A stretch of 64,000 nucleotides of DNA from Eutreptiella sp. 'Long Island Sound 2002'. Lineage: Eukaryota > Protista > Euglenida. The stretch lies in the NCBI GenBank assembly GCA_964036045.1, contig OZ038378.1, forward strand, positions 56,296,001-56,360,000. The letters are read 5' to 3'. The translations under genes and the position numbers were made by a program. The notes under the pieces were generated by a model. That model was not told the origin of the DNA. It saw only the letters and a list, made by a program, of their open reading frames with translations, and made no database searches. Each line of letters begins with the position of its first letter. The first letter of the stretch is position 1. Of the stretch, positions 12,605 to 22,880 are shown piece by piece.

Positions 12605-13618
12605 CTAGTGGTACACTTCAATTTTGTCCTTATTGAAGCGTAGCCCCATTGTGTAGGCCACGTCGTGGAGTGTATCTAATGTGTGTAGCAGTGCTTCCTT
12701 TGTGGGTGCACGCACAGCTATGTCGTCAACGAACACGTATAGTTGGGCTCCCGGGCATCGCTCTTTGGTTTCGCGTAGGAGTATGTTGTAGTGTAGTAAA
12801 AATAGTGTCGGGGAGAGGGGGCACCCCTCCTTCATACCCCTGGTGGGGCGTATGGGTAGGTCCTTTCCGTGTAGGGTCAGTACAGCCGGTGTATGATGGT
12901 ATATTTCCCCCAACATCCGTATGATGTTTTCTGGTGCCGCTACCTCTTTGACGATCCCAGTCAGCATGGGTCGGGGGACTGATGGGAAAGCTTTGGCCAC
13001 ATCGAGTAGTGCCACGTACCATTCCTCTGTGTGTAGGTCGTTTAACAGTTTTGTGGCTAACGTTGTGGCGTTTCGGCCCTGTGTGGCGCCGTGTTGTATG
13101 TCTAGTAGTCCCGGGGTCATGGCCCTCGATATACGCGTCAGGAGGAGGAGTGTGAGTATGCTATATATGGCTGTGGATACGTAGATCGGTCGGTAGTTTC
13201 TTGGGTCTTGGGGGTCTTTCTTTTTATATGTGAGCACTACCGTGGACTGCAGCCAAGCCACTGGGATGTTCTGTCCGTTCCAGACTGCAATGATTGCCTG
13301 GTACAGTTGTTGTTGTATGTGGTTCGGTAGGTGCCGGAGCAGGTGCGGGGGGACACCGGCAGGCCCGGCTGATTTATTCTTTGGTGCCCGAAGGCACCGC
13401 ACGTACTCCTCGTATGTGGGGGTTGTGGTGTTCCATGTGTAGTGCCGTACATGCTTCTGTATAAGTCGTGGGCACGCGTCCTCGTCGTATGTTGGGTCGC
13501 CCGCAAAGTGGTTGAGGACGTACTGTGCCCCTCCTATCGGGGGTTGTGGTGTGTCTTGGGCTATAAGTCCGGTGCGCCATCTTTTGACCATTTTATAGAA
13601 GTAGCCTGATCTGTGCAC
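12605..13618 (-). pseudogene. Non-LTR reverse transcriptase domain
   Basis: KSAGPAGVP, KKKDPQDPRNYRPI, LLDVAKAFPSV, RGMKEGCPLSPTLF, VFVDDI, GLRFNKDK; flanked by in-frame stops. Confidence 0.95.
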
Positions 13619-13894
13619 AGCTGCTCGGCGCAGTTTGCCGATTTATCTCCGTATGTGTTGCTCTTGTGTCTCCCCGTATTCACGTAATCGTGCCTTGGGG
13701 TCCGTGGTTTCCGACCAAGTTGCGGTGCCCGCTGTCTTGACGCGCGTGGGTTGTCGTGGTCGCGCCGTGTGTGCTACTGCCGATAGGATGCGCCGTGCCG
13801 TGTGTAGGGGTGGGTCGTTGTTCTTTACGGGTATTGTGGATATGGAATGCGTAAACCGTTGAAAGTGTGTGGTATACCACTTCGTGACTGTGGG

Positions 13895-15136
13895 CTATGG
13901 TTTCTTGCGAGGTGGGTCGGGGGCCCCTATCCTCCAGCGGACCCCAAGTAGGACCAAAGCATGATCCGATATGGGCATTTGTATGGTGTCATAGTAAGTC
14001 CAGGGTATGTTGGGTATTTGTTGCCTAATCAAAATGGCGTCCAGGCGACGTGGACGTCCATGCCTAGGTATGCGGATATAGTACTGCCGGGGTTCCGGAG
14101 GCTGGCTACTCGCATGCAATGGGTTGAGGAATACTCGATTGGCCAAGTCTTCTTGCCATGGGCGTGTCGGGTTAGGAGACCAAATGTCATCATTGTAGTC
14201 CCCCATTACGATGTCGTAAGGTCCAAGGGACTGCAGGAATAGGTCTACCTCCTGCTTGTCCTGGCGGTTGAATTTGGAGTATACACACGCTATGGTGCGG
14301 CGGGGGCTGTTGGGGAGCTGGATCGTGACGGCCCCTGCTACGCCGTTTGGTGAGTATAACGTTTCGAGAATGTGAGGGACCACAGTGTTGCGGACAATGA
14401 ATGCTACCCGTGGTTCGGTCCTAGACGCAGCGTAGCACTTGTAGTCGTTGTTGAGTGCTGTTGTGGCTGCCTCAGGCTTAGGGAAACACGGGTTATATTC
14501 CTGGATGCCGCAAAGGTCGATACGGCACTGGCTGATTAGGTGGAGGGTATTGGCCCAGCGTTGAAGGCTGACGGAGCCTTGTGCTCCTTGTATGTTCCAG
14601 GAGGCCAGTTTCATGTCGTGGTCCTTTGCGGTGGTTGTGTCATCTAGGCTGTCATACCGTCGATTTGTGTTGACCACCAGGTGTTGTGCATATTCCTCTA
14701 TGTCGAGCAACGGAACGGGGGATCCCAGCACATCCCGGCACCCGCGCCGGAGCTGGTATATCCTGCGCTGTCCGGGGTTGGGGTGTACGTCTCCGCATTG
14801 GAGGACCCAGTTGTTGTTGTACCGTGTGTTGTGCGGGCTGGTCACCGTGGTGTTGGACACAGGTGCATGGTAGTAGCGGCTTGGCACCCCCGTGATAGGG
14901 GCGGTAAGAAACAGGCGACATAGAGGAGGAGCAGGCCGGGCCGCCATGTACGGTAACTGTGGAGGTTGAGGCCCCGTGAGTAACCGTGTCGGTGCCGTAG
15001 CGGCGGGGCGTGTTGCCTGCGGATTCTCCGGTTCACAGGGAGCAGATATACCAGCCCCTCTGTATACGTAGTGGGTGCCAGAAGTACGAGGAGGGCCGTA
15101 ATGGAGATACAGGGCAGAACGGAACAGGCACCTCAC
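13895..15136 (-). pseudogene. ORF with a 2A-like motif followed by an apurinic-type (APE/EEP) endonuclease
   Basis: LQCGDVHPNPGQ at 14768-14791, then KLASWNIQG, CGIQE, VMGDYND, RLDAIL and ISDHALV (canonical EEP motifs, ~13905-14620). Confidence 0.92.
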
Positions 15137-15699
15137 TTTTTCCCTTTGCCATGCGGGTTTTTTGACGGCCCCTTTCCTTTCCCCTTGCGTTTGGTGTCGG
15201 CGGTGAAAGCAGCCATACCGTCTACTTGTTGGCTGGTTTGTGGTGACGTAGGTGTTGCCTTCTTCTTTTTTGGTGGTGGCGTGGTTTTTGTGGGGTTTTT
15301 TTGTGGTGTTTTGTTGTGGGCCTTGGTTTTCTGCGCTTGGTGTGGCTGTCGTGCGTGTGTTGTGGTGGGATTTGCTGGTTTGCCTGGTTGTTGGTCGGGG
15401 GGTTCATCCGTGTCCATGGTGGCCAAGCGTGGCTGGAGGTCCGTTGGTGTGTCGTCGTTGTTGGTATGGCCGAGTTCGTTCAGGATGGCCTCATCCCAGT
15501 CTGCCACGTCGATGGGTTCAGGCTCTGCGAGCAGCTGCTTTTCCCTGTTGATTTCTTTGATGACGCGTTGAGTCGTCATGTCTGCGCGCAGCTGCTTCCC
15601 TGCCTTTATTCGTCTCCGGAAGGCCGCGTCGTCGCCCGTTTCTTGTGGCATTTTTTGTGAGAGCATCTGATCGATGCGCTCTGTCACTTTGTGCGTCCG

Positions 15700-15935
15700 T
15701 GTCATCGTCTCCTAGCGTTATGTGGAAGTATTCACCGGCTGCCACTCCGATGTATTGTCCGGCACTGAGGGCCACTGCCGTGGCCTGTTGGTATTGGAGC
15801 GAGGCGTAGGTGCAGCCTGCATCGCTCCACATGTTGGGTTCTGGTTTCCAGCTGCTCCAGCATCCAAAGAAGGATGCCACGACTTTCGCCGTATCGTCTC
15901 CTGCGCCCTACCTCCACCCTACGAACACCGTCGTG
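15700..15935 (-). pseudogene. Probable RRM domain (ORF1-like), one in-frame stop
   Basis: In the frame continuing the 1293-aa ORF: TTVFVGWR*GAGDDTAKVVASFFGCW...AGCTYASLQYQQATAVALSAG...YFHITLG. Fits the RNP2/helix/RNP1/helix/beta4 pattern by eye. Confidence 0.55.
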
Positions 15936-16135
15936 GCGTCGTTTCTGGTCGGTTTTGGTGGCCGCTTGATGTCCCTGGAGCGGCTTGTGGACTGTGTCCA
16001 ATTGTTGCGGTTGAGGATGACGTTGGTCATCACGTGGACCAGTTTGTAGCTTTTCATGCCCTTCAGTAGCTGGGCAATCAAGCGTCGGTCTGTGTCTGGG
16101 TGGAATTGTATCAGTAGACGATATGAGTCCACTGG

Positions 16136-19100
16136 TCAGAAACCCTTGAGGAAGGATGCGATGCTCCTTCCTAGCTCTAGTTCTTCCTTGTCCAGGTCGT
16201 CCAGGATTTCCTGTACGGACGTTATTCTATCTTCTTTATGTTCCGTGTATTGTTGTCTCAGTATGTATAGGCTCTCGTAGTCTGTTTCGGTGAGCCGGTA
16301 GGGTCCGGGGTTGCGGGCGTTTTCCTCCTCTTGCTTTATGGTCTGTAGTGCTGGTGTCAGACGAGGCAGCAGTTGCATGGGCAGCTGTAGTCTCCATGCG
16401 TGTGACCCACTTTGCCCTGCGGTGTGCTCTGAGGCGCACTTCCACCGGAATGTGTTGCGTGGGTCCTTGCTTGCCATGGTGGATGCGACGTCAGGCTGGT
16501 GGCCGTTGATTCGCTTCATAAACGCGTCCCGCGTCCTAATGCCAGTTTCTGGTGGGCACTCCACTACGATTGTTGTTTTGGCCCGTTCTGGTTGTAGTGT
16601 GTCTGTGCGGTCCTCCAGTCCCACTTGTATGGGTGTGCCCTTCGTGAGTGCGTAAGTTTTGTGCGTGGGCTCGTGTCCCATCTTTATGGTGTTGTCCGGG
16701 TGGAGAACCATGATGGGCTTGGGTTGTAGGTGGTCGACCAGGGTATCGTGTTCTGGGGACCACTTCCGTACAGGGAATTTGTCGAACTGGTATACGCCCC
16801 TGACATAGCGGGCCAGCTTACGCAGAGGGGCGCGGTGGAGGCAGTCCATGTGGTAGGTCTGCAGTGCGGTGGTGTCCTGTCGGTCTGCCTCGTATGCCAG
16901 GATCAGTTCCTTGGCCCCTGGATCGCCGAGTGCCCGTAGGACTTGGTCGACCCGTTCGTCCTCGCTTCCGCCACATTCCGTTTGTATGGCACCGCGTTGC
17001 ATCCGTCGGTCATGGTTGCGGCGGGTCCCGGTCGCCTGTGGTAGTAGTAGGTATGTCTTGTTCCGGATGTATGGGTTCCCTTGATGGTCGGCTTCCGTAT
17101 GGATTGTGTACTGTTGTGCCTCGGCCATCTCGGATACTGTGTGTATACCTTCAGAGTCTGCCTCGTGCCTCACCGTCATGACGCCGCGCAGTTTGTGTTG
17201 CGCAAACAGGGGGAGTTGGTAGGTGTTCCTTTCATACCATACCCCTTCTTGTGTTTGTCTCCTTATGTGTTCCGTGGTTACTGTACGGTTTGGGTGCTTT
17301 GTTAAGTATGCTTTCAACCTGGTTTGTGCGTCGTACACAACTGAAGCTTTCAATGTGTCTTGTTCTGCTGTTGTCATTGGTTGTTGTGACGTGCCTGTGT
17401 TGAGTTTTACGAGTTCTTCTATGAGCTGATATTCCGTTGGTGTGTGTATGGGTAGTTTGTCCAGGGGGTTGTTGCCGTCTTCGTGGAATGTGTATGCCTG
17501 TGTATCCTCTTGGGGGGGAGGAGGGGCGTAACTAAACCCTTCTGTGTGGTGGTCGGGTGGTGTACCAGGTTCCCCGTTCCGGGGGGGTTCCCGTTCGGTG
17601 GTATCCTCTGATGGGGGGTGTGACGTTGACTCAAGGGCGTCCGCGGGATTTTCCCTTGCGTCCCCTTGGTCGTGCACATCAGTATGCAGTCCGGACGTAT
17701 TCCTTTCGTAGTTTTCTGTCAGGGTGCGCACCAGGCCATGGGGTGGAGCGTTGCTGTCTGGGCCTGGGTTTGATTGCACATCGCCATCCTGCGTGGCATC
17801 CGGAACCCATTGGGTGCGTTGTGGGTAGGCTACATCCGGGGTACCGGATGAGATCATATCGTGGCGCACATCCGGTGGGTGGTCAGCTGGTACCCAATCG
17901 GTGATGTCATACTCCAGGAGCAGGTCGTGTTGCAAGGGTTGGACCAGGAAGAGCCAGTAGCGTATGGATATGGCCCTTTGGAAACCTTCTCTCGTGCCCG
18001 TGAGGACATGCAGTCTGTGTCTTGCGATGTGGCAGTAGGGGAGGTCAGTTCTAAGGTGTACCTCCCACAGTTGGCCTGTTGTGCTGGTAAGCCTCCTCCA
18101 TAAGTTGTATGCCAACTGCGACGGCGGGTTGAGATTCGCACAGTAATCGGTGTATGTGAGGAGTCGGTTGTTGTAGATTTGTATGTGGAAATATGCATAT
18201 GTTGGGTCATCCGGGGGTGGGGGGGGTATCCTTGGATGCAGCGTGCTGCGGCACAGTGGGCATCTCAGCAGTCTTGGGTCATTGGCGCAGTCCTGACACA
18301 GCCTGTGCCTGGGGTCGCAACTGAGGTGTGTATCCGCGGGGCTGTCCAAGCATACGGGGCCGTCCTCTGGGACCTGTTCACCGTCATCCGTGTTTCCCGC
18401 GTGTTTGTGTACGTCGTCATCGGGCTGGTGGGGTGGTGGTGTCGTCAGCAAGAGCGGCAGCAGAGCGTTGTGGACCTCATTCTCCGTGTCCCCCTGTGGT
18501 GTGGTTTGGGCTGCTCGTTCCACTGTGGGTGTAGCTCGCCCCGGGTTGGGCTCCGTGTCCCCGTCCTGAGTTGGGTCGTGGACCCAGCTCGTTGGTCTTG
18601 GGTAGGGGCGCCTGCGTAGACGTTCTGTTCGGCGAATCTTTCTTTGTGGTGAGTCATCCGTGTCATGCTCAGTGGTGTTCTCATATGTCCACTTCGGGCG
18701 TGGGTTTCCTTGGTTTCCGGGGGGGTGCTGTTCGTCCCAGTGGGACGTGCTCTGGTGTCTTTTGGATGTAGGTGGATGGGAAGGTTCGCCTTCCGCTTTT
18801 CGTTTGTGGTGGTGGTGCGCTAGCGTTGGCGATTGGTGTTCCTGGTATGCCATGTGCAAGTGGTCTGTGCGCCGCCGTTTGTGCCCGGCTGGTGTGTTTT
18901 CCGTGGTGCGTTTGCGCAGCATCCTGGGCGTTTGGTACGTAAGTGGAGTGTCTGGGTTGTATTGTGTGCGTTTCGCAGGGGGTGCTAATGGGCTGGGCCC
19001 GGAGTTGGGTTCCACATCTCCGTCACTGGTGACGTCGCGTATCCATCTGTCCGGGGTGTCTACCGTGGTCGGTCGGGGGCCCGTCGTGTGTGGTGTTGGC

Positions 19101-20017
19101 GTATGGTAGGTTTGCGAGGTAGTGGCACGTATGGCCCCTTGCCAGGATCCTTGTCGTGGGTACAGGGGGTCTGGAGACTTTACGTTGTAGAGTCGCCGTG
19201 GTACTAAGTCTGGGGTGTCCGGTTGGTGTATGGCAAAATACTTGCACGTGGTGCAGCGGAAGTACACAAAGTCGGCCATGTTGCATCGGGGGCACACTAC
19301 ATCGATGGCTGTGGTCATATTTAATCCTAACGGTGAGCTGTGTTTTTGTGTTTTCATAGACAACTCGGATGTGTCCAAGGGGGTTGGGCGCGGTGTGCCT
19401 GGGCCATGTGCCCCGCGCACTGGAGATGCTTCTGGTGATGGTACCTCCAAAGTGCCATGTGGAGACGACGATTCTGCACGTGGTGCGGGTGTGTTGTGTT
19501 TTAAGGGGGGGGTGGATGCTCGTCGCTTTTTCTGCAGTGCCTCCGTGAGTGCCTGTGCTGCGTATTTGTATAGTTTAGCGGGGTAGTGGGGGTTGGAGGC
19601 CGTTTCGATTTCACTTGCAAGCCGGGTGACCATCTCTCTGTGCTGGGGGGGGATGTCGTTATCCGCGGTCTGTGCATCTACGGGTCCCGGGTTCTTTTCA
19701 ACATCTCCGTCGGCTGTGCGGTCCCGCACTACCCTAGTGAGGGCGGGGTGGAGTCGTCGTTTGTTGCAGGGTATCCGCCTAGATGGTGGATCATAGGGCA
19801 GTCCCTTTCCCATGGGGGGGGGGGGGTGCTGTCCCGGGGGGAAGGGGGGCTCCTCACGATCTTGTAGCAAACACACGAGCAAATATGGTCCAGAAAGTGC
19901 GTGTACGTTGGTCACTGTCACATATGCCTGTCCGGTCCGATGCCCGTCAGTTGGGACCTGTGCGGCCATGTCTGTGCTGGGTGCGGCGGACGAGTGGCCC
20001 TCGGTTCGTCCGTGCAT
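16136..20017 (-). CDS. 1293-aa LINE polyprotein segment with four 2A-like motifs, a CxxC-x9-CxxC zinc ribbon and a RING-like domain
   Basis: Uninterrupted ORF. Motifs: DVEKNPGP 19682-19705, DVEPNSGP 18995-19018, DTEPNPGR 18536-18559, DVQSNPGP 17759-17782; CPRC-x9-CTTC ~19243-19296; GPVC...CDPRHRLCQDC...CPLC ~18243-18360. Confidence 0.8.
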   Translation of the reverse strand: MHGRTEGHSSAAPSTDMAAQVPTDGHRTGQAYVTVTNVHALSGPYLLVCLLQDREEPPFPPGQHPPPPMGKGLPYDPPSRRIPCNKRRLHPALTRVVRDRTADGDVEKNPGPVDAQTADNDIPPQHREMVTRLASEIETASNPHYPAKLYKYAAQALTEALQKKRRASTPPLKHNTPAPRAESSSPHGTLEVPSPEASPVRGAHGPGTPRPTPLDTSELSMKTQKHSSPLGLNMTTAIDVVCPRCNMADFVYFRCTTCKYFAIHQPDTPDLVPRRLYNVKSPDPLYPRQGSWQGAIRATTSQTYHTPTPHTTGPRPTTVDTPDRWIRDVTSDGDVEPNSGPSPLAPPAKRTQYNPDTPLTYQTPRMLRKRTTENTPAGHKRRRTDHLHMAYQEHQSPTLAHHHHKRKAEGEPSHPPTSKRHQSTSHWDEQHPPGNQGNPRPKWTYENTTEHDTDDSPQRKIRRTERLRRRPYPRPTSWVHDPTQDGDTEPNPGRATPTVERAAQTTPQGDTENEVHNALLPLLLTTPPPHQPDDDVHKHAGNTDDGEQVPEDGPVCLDSPADTHLSCDPRHRLCQDCANDPRLLRCPLCRSTLHPRIPPPPPDDPTYAYFHIQIYNNRLLTYTDYCANLNPPSQLAYNLWRRLTSTTGQLWEVHLRTDLPYCHIARHRLHVLTGTREGFQRAISIRYWLFLVQPLQHDLLLEYDITDWVPADHPPDVRHDMISSGTPDVAYPQRTQWVPDATQDGDVQSNPGPDSNAPPHGLVRTLTENYERNTSGLHTDVHDQGDARENPADALESTSHPPSEDTTEREPPRNGEPGTPPDHHTEGFSYAPPPPQEDTQAYTFHEDGNNPLDKLPIHTPTEYQLIEELVKLNTGTSQQPMTTAEQDTLKASVVYDAQTRLKAYLTKHPNRTVTTEHIRRQTQEGVWYERNTYQLPLFAQHKLRGVMTVRHEADSEGIHTVSEMAEAQQYTIHTEADHQGNPYIRNKTYLLLPQATGTRRNHDRRMQRGAIQTECGGSEDERVDQVLRALGDPGAKELILAYEADRQDTTALQTYHMDCLHRAPLRKLARYVRGVYQFDKFPVRKWSPEHDTLVDHLQPKPIMVLHPDNTIKMGHEPTHKTYALTKGTPIQVGLEDRTDTLQPERAKTTIVVECPPETGIRTRDAFMKRINGHQPDVASTMASKDPRNTFRWKCASEHTAGQSGSHAWRLQLPMQLLPRLTPALQTIKQEEENARNPGPYRLTETDYESLYILRQQYTEHKEDRITSVQEILDDLDKEELELGRSIASFLKGF

Positions 20018-20480
20018 GCCGATGGCCGGGTTGAGGCCATATATGACGTTCCTGTCTGCTTGTCGTGTGCTGCCTGTCGCTGGTCAGCCAACTGAGCATC
20101 ACCGGGGGCAACAAGCGCGACCACACCAGTGTGGATAGTGGGAGGGTAGGCGGTGGCCAAGAGCCCGGCCGAGTAGGCGCCGGTGGTACCAGCCATCCAC
20201 ATGCATGATTGGAAGGCAGGCACGCTCTCACGGCCTACCGCCTTCTCAGTCCGTTGCCTGTCTATCTGGCCCTGTGCTGTCTGAGCCTGCGCCGTCAGCG
20301 GCGGGCGATGGGCCGTCGGGTGGCCCGTGCGTGCTGTTGATGGCCGGGTTAGGGCCATATATGATGTTCCTGTCTGGCTGTCCTGTGCTGCCTGTCGCTG
20401 GTCAGCACAATGAGCATCACCGGGGGCAAAAAATTCGCCCACACCAGTGTGCCCGGCAAAGTAAAATGTGGCAGGGTAGG
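19990..20480. repeat. Diverged ~315-bp tandem duplication inside the LINE
   Basis: Two copies translating on the minus strand as HTGVGEFFAPGDAHCADQRQAAQDSQTGTSYMALTRPS and HTGVVALVAPGDAQLADQRQAAHDKQTGTSYMASTRPS. Confidence 0.85.
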
Positions 20481-21179
20481 CGGTGGCCAAGGTCCCAGCC
20501 GAGTGGGTGCGAGCGGCACCAGTCAATTGCGTGCATGTCTGAGGAGCAAAATCCTTACGGCCGGCCAGCCACCGTGCTGTCGGGTCGTCCGTACGCGGGT
20601 CGACGCGGTCGTCCGCTCCAGGTTGCCCATTGCGGCTGCTCACTACAAAGAAGGACGCAAGACAGATGTTGGGAAGGTCAACAAGTTCTCCCGTTGTTCC
20701 CTTCATGCACATGCATGCGCATACCAGCACGTCAGTAGACGCGGAATCTCGTTGGTCGGGGGGAGGAACGGTGGGGATGTTGGGGATGACCGTCCCCAGT
20801 TCCCCTTTGTGGGTCGTGGGTCGGCGCTTTCTCCCTCGCGGCTGCCGGGGGCGTGCCTATTATTCTTGCTGTGCGGCCACCACGTCCCAGCTCCAGTGAA
20901 GAGGAAGACCCCAGCCTGTCCCCACCCGGATGGTTCCGGTCCCTGTTCCGGTGCCTGTTCCGCGTGTGCATCGTGCCACGGTGCCCTTTCCGCGTGGATC
21001 TGGGGGGGTCCGGGCTAGTGCACGGGGTGCTGGGGGTCTGGTGCGTCCGGTGTGTAGTACAGTTGCTAGTGCTGTTGTAGGTGTCCCGTTTCCAGCGCCG
21101 GCTCGGGGGCCGGGTAGCCACCCCTGTCCGTTGGTTGGTGACGGGGGGCGTGCGGGTCCGCCAGTGGTCGTGTGCGATC

Positions 21180-22718
21180 TCACGAGAGCCACATGTCCAG
21201 GTATCCCACTGCCGGTTCGGTGTCTGTGCGTCGCTGCATCGGTGGGTCGGTGCGCATGATCTCAAGCGCGGCTGCGTTTTGCTCGCTGAACCTGGCCCAG
21301 GTTCCTGGCCTGTCCTCTGGCAGTCTGTGCTGTCCATGGCGGTCGACGACTGCCCCATACTGCACGTGAGGTTCGTGCTGCATCTGCGGTACGCATAGTG
21401 GCTCACTGTGGTACGCCAGCTCTGCCGCTGTGTGTTCCATGTGAGTGGCCGCCTGCTGTGGAGGAGGCTGTCGGTTCACGTCCCTGTGTCCGTGTTGGAG
21501 GGCAGGGACTGCACATGGTACCTCCGGGTTGTGTGGGTTGCGGTAGAAACGCAGCGGTTCTGCCACAGGGGTTGGGGGGTAGGGGGGTGGGTGTTGAGGC
21601 TGATGTCCGGGTTCATGCAGGAGGACCTGCTGTTCCCCTTGGCGCGTGTCGATGCTCACGCAGTAGCGACTGCGTGCCTGTGGTTCCGCGTCGCCTTGTG
21701 ACAGCTCTGCTTTGATGCGGGTCTGGTCACTGTGTCTGCCAGCGCTGCGCTGTGGTGCTGAGGCCTCGGCTGTCACGGTTTGCTGTGGTTGCTCGATCGC
21801 CCGGCAGATTCCTGCTAAAGAGTCCGCAAGGGACGTCATGGCCCGCAGGGCTTGGGTGAGTTCGCCCTTGGAGCTGCGCTTCCGGGACTTTTTCGGACGA
21901 CTGCAGCTGTCACTGTCACTGTCGTTGGTGCTGTCTCTGTGTGTGTCTCTCCGTGACCTTCTACCTCCTCCCTTCGGAAACACCAGTCGCAACGTCAGGT
22001 GGATGGGTCCGGTTGCGGTCGCAGCCGGGGTCGGGTCCGGGTCTCCGCTGTTCGTCGTGATGGGTCGTGGTACGTGAACAGTGCTGCCCCGGGGCAGGCT
22101 GTGTGTGTGTGTCTCCCCGGTAACGGGGGGTACGTCCAGGAGACAACATCCGAATCGTCCTGGTGCAGGGTACTGAGGCGAGGGCTCCAAAACAGTCCCA
22201 TACCCGGGCATGGTGCATGAGTGACCCCTGGTTTTGCCCTTCGCAGGCCCTTGGCTTAGCGCTCTGCGCGGCTGCCGAGGGCTGGAGACGGTCATGATCC
22301 GGGGACAGGATGTGCCACGTCCCTCTACCTTGTACTGCAGAAAGGCACCTAGCCGACATGCTCTTTCATTCCCTCTTCTACTGTTTTTCGGCCGACGAGA
22401 TTCGTTAACGTCCAGTGCTGTGCTCCGCTTGATCACGCCTGGTTGATCTCCCCAGTGCGCCACGTGATGTTTTCCTCGTGCGGCTGGGTGGGGGTCGGGC
22501 GGGGTTTCCGGGGGGGGTCTGTCATCTGCGTGGTGGTGTTGCACAGTGGCGCGGCATGCGGGGTGGTGCCAGACAGAGATCCCATCCATTGAGTGTGTGA
22601 GCCGCCGTTGGATATGCAACGGGGGCATCGGAACAACTGATTCGCTGTTATTCGCTGGGGGTCTCGGTGCCGCGGGCATATTCAAAAGTTGCTCAGTGCC
22701 TTTGTGGAAGGTCAGCAC
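21180..22718 (-). CDS. 512-aa low-complexity ORF at the 5' end of the LINE, function unknown
   Basis: Long open frame with the same strand bias as the element; no domain recognised; start codon doubtful. Confidence 0.4.
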   Translation of the reverse strand: MLTFHKGTEQLLNMPAAPRPPANNSESVVPMPPLHIQRRLTHSMDGISVWHHPACRATVQHHHADDRPPPETPPDPHPAARGKHHVAHWGDQPGVIKRSTALDVNESRRPKNSRRGNERACRLGAFLQYKVEGRGTSCPRIMTVSSPRQPRRALSQGPAKGKTRGHSCTMPGYGTVLEPSPQYPAPGRFGCCLLDVPPVTGETHTHSLPRGSTVHVPRPITTNSGDPDPTPAATATGPIHLTLRLVFPKGGGRRSRRDTHRDSTNDSDSDSCSRPKKSRKRSSKGELTQALRAMTSLADSLAGICRAIEQPQQTVTAEASAPQRSAGRHSDQTRIKAELSQGDAEPQARSRYCVSIDTRQGEQQVLLHEPGHQPQHPPPYPPTPVAEPLRFYRNPHNPEVPCAVPALQHGHRDVNRQPPPQQAATHMEHTAAELAYHSEPLCVPQMQHEPHVQYGAVVDRHGQHRLPEDRPGTWARFSEQNAAALEIMRTDPPMQRRTDTEPAVGYLDMWLS

Positions 22719-22737
22719 ACCCTCACCCGCTCACGCA

Positions 22738-22880
<143 letters not shown>

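Larger units (their letters stand above)
9955..22735 (-). mobile_element. Very long non-LTR retrotransposon (APE-RT-RNase H type) with a multi-2A polyprotein; this copy is inactivated
   Basis: Colinear minus-strand domains (APE, RT, RNase H, Cys-rich C-terminus) preceded by a 1293-aa ORF largely in the same frame; uniform A/C-rich coding strand. The 5' boundary next to (TG)n at 22738 and the 3' boundary near 9955 are approximate; no TSD or poly(A) seen. Confidence 0.9.

Noticed and set aside
16290-16325. EENARNPGP in the 1293-aa ORF as another 2A site
   Set aside because: Has NPGP but lacks the GD-x-E and the upstream W..D.T pattern shared by the other sites; not counted.
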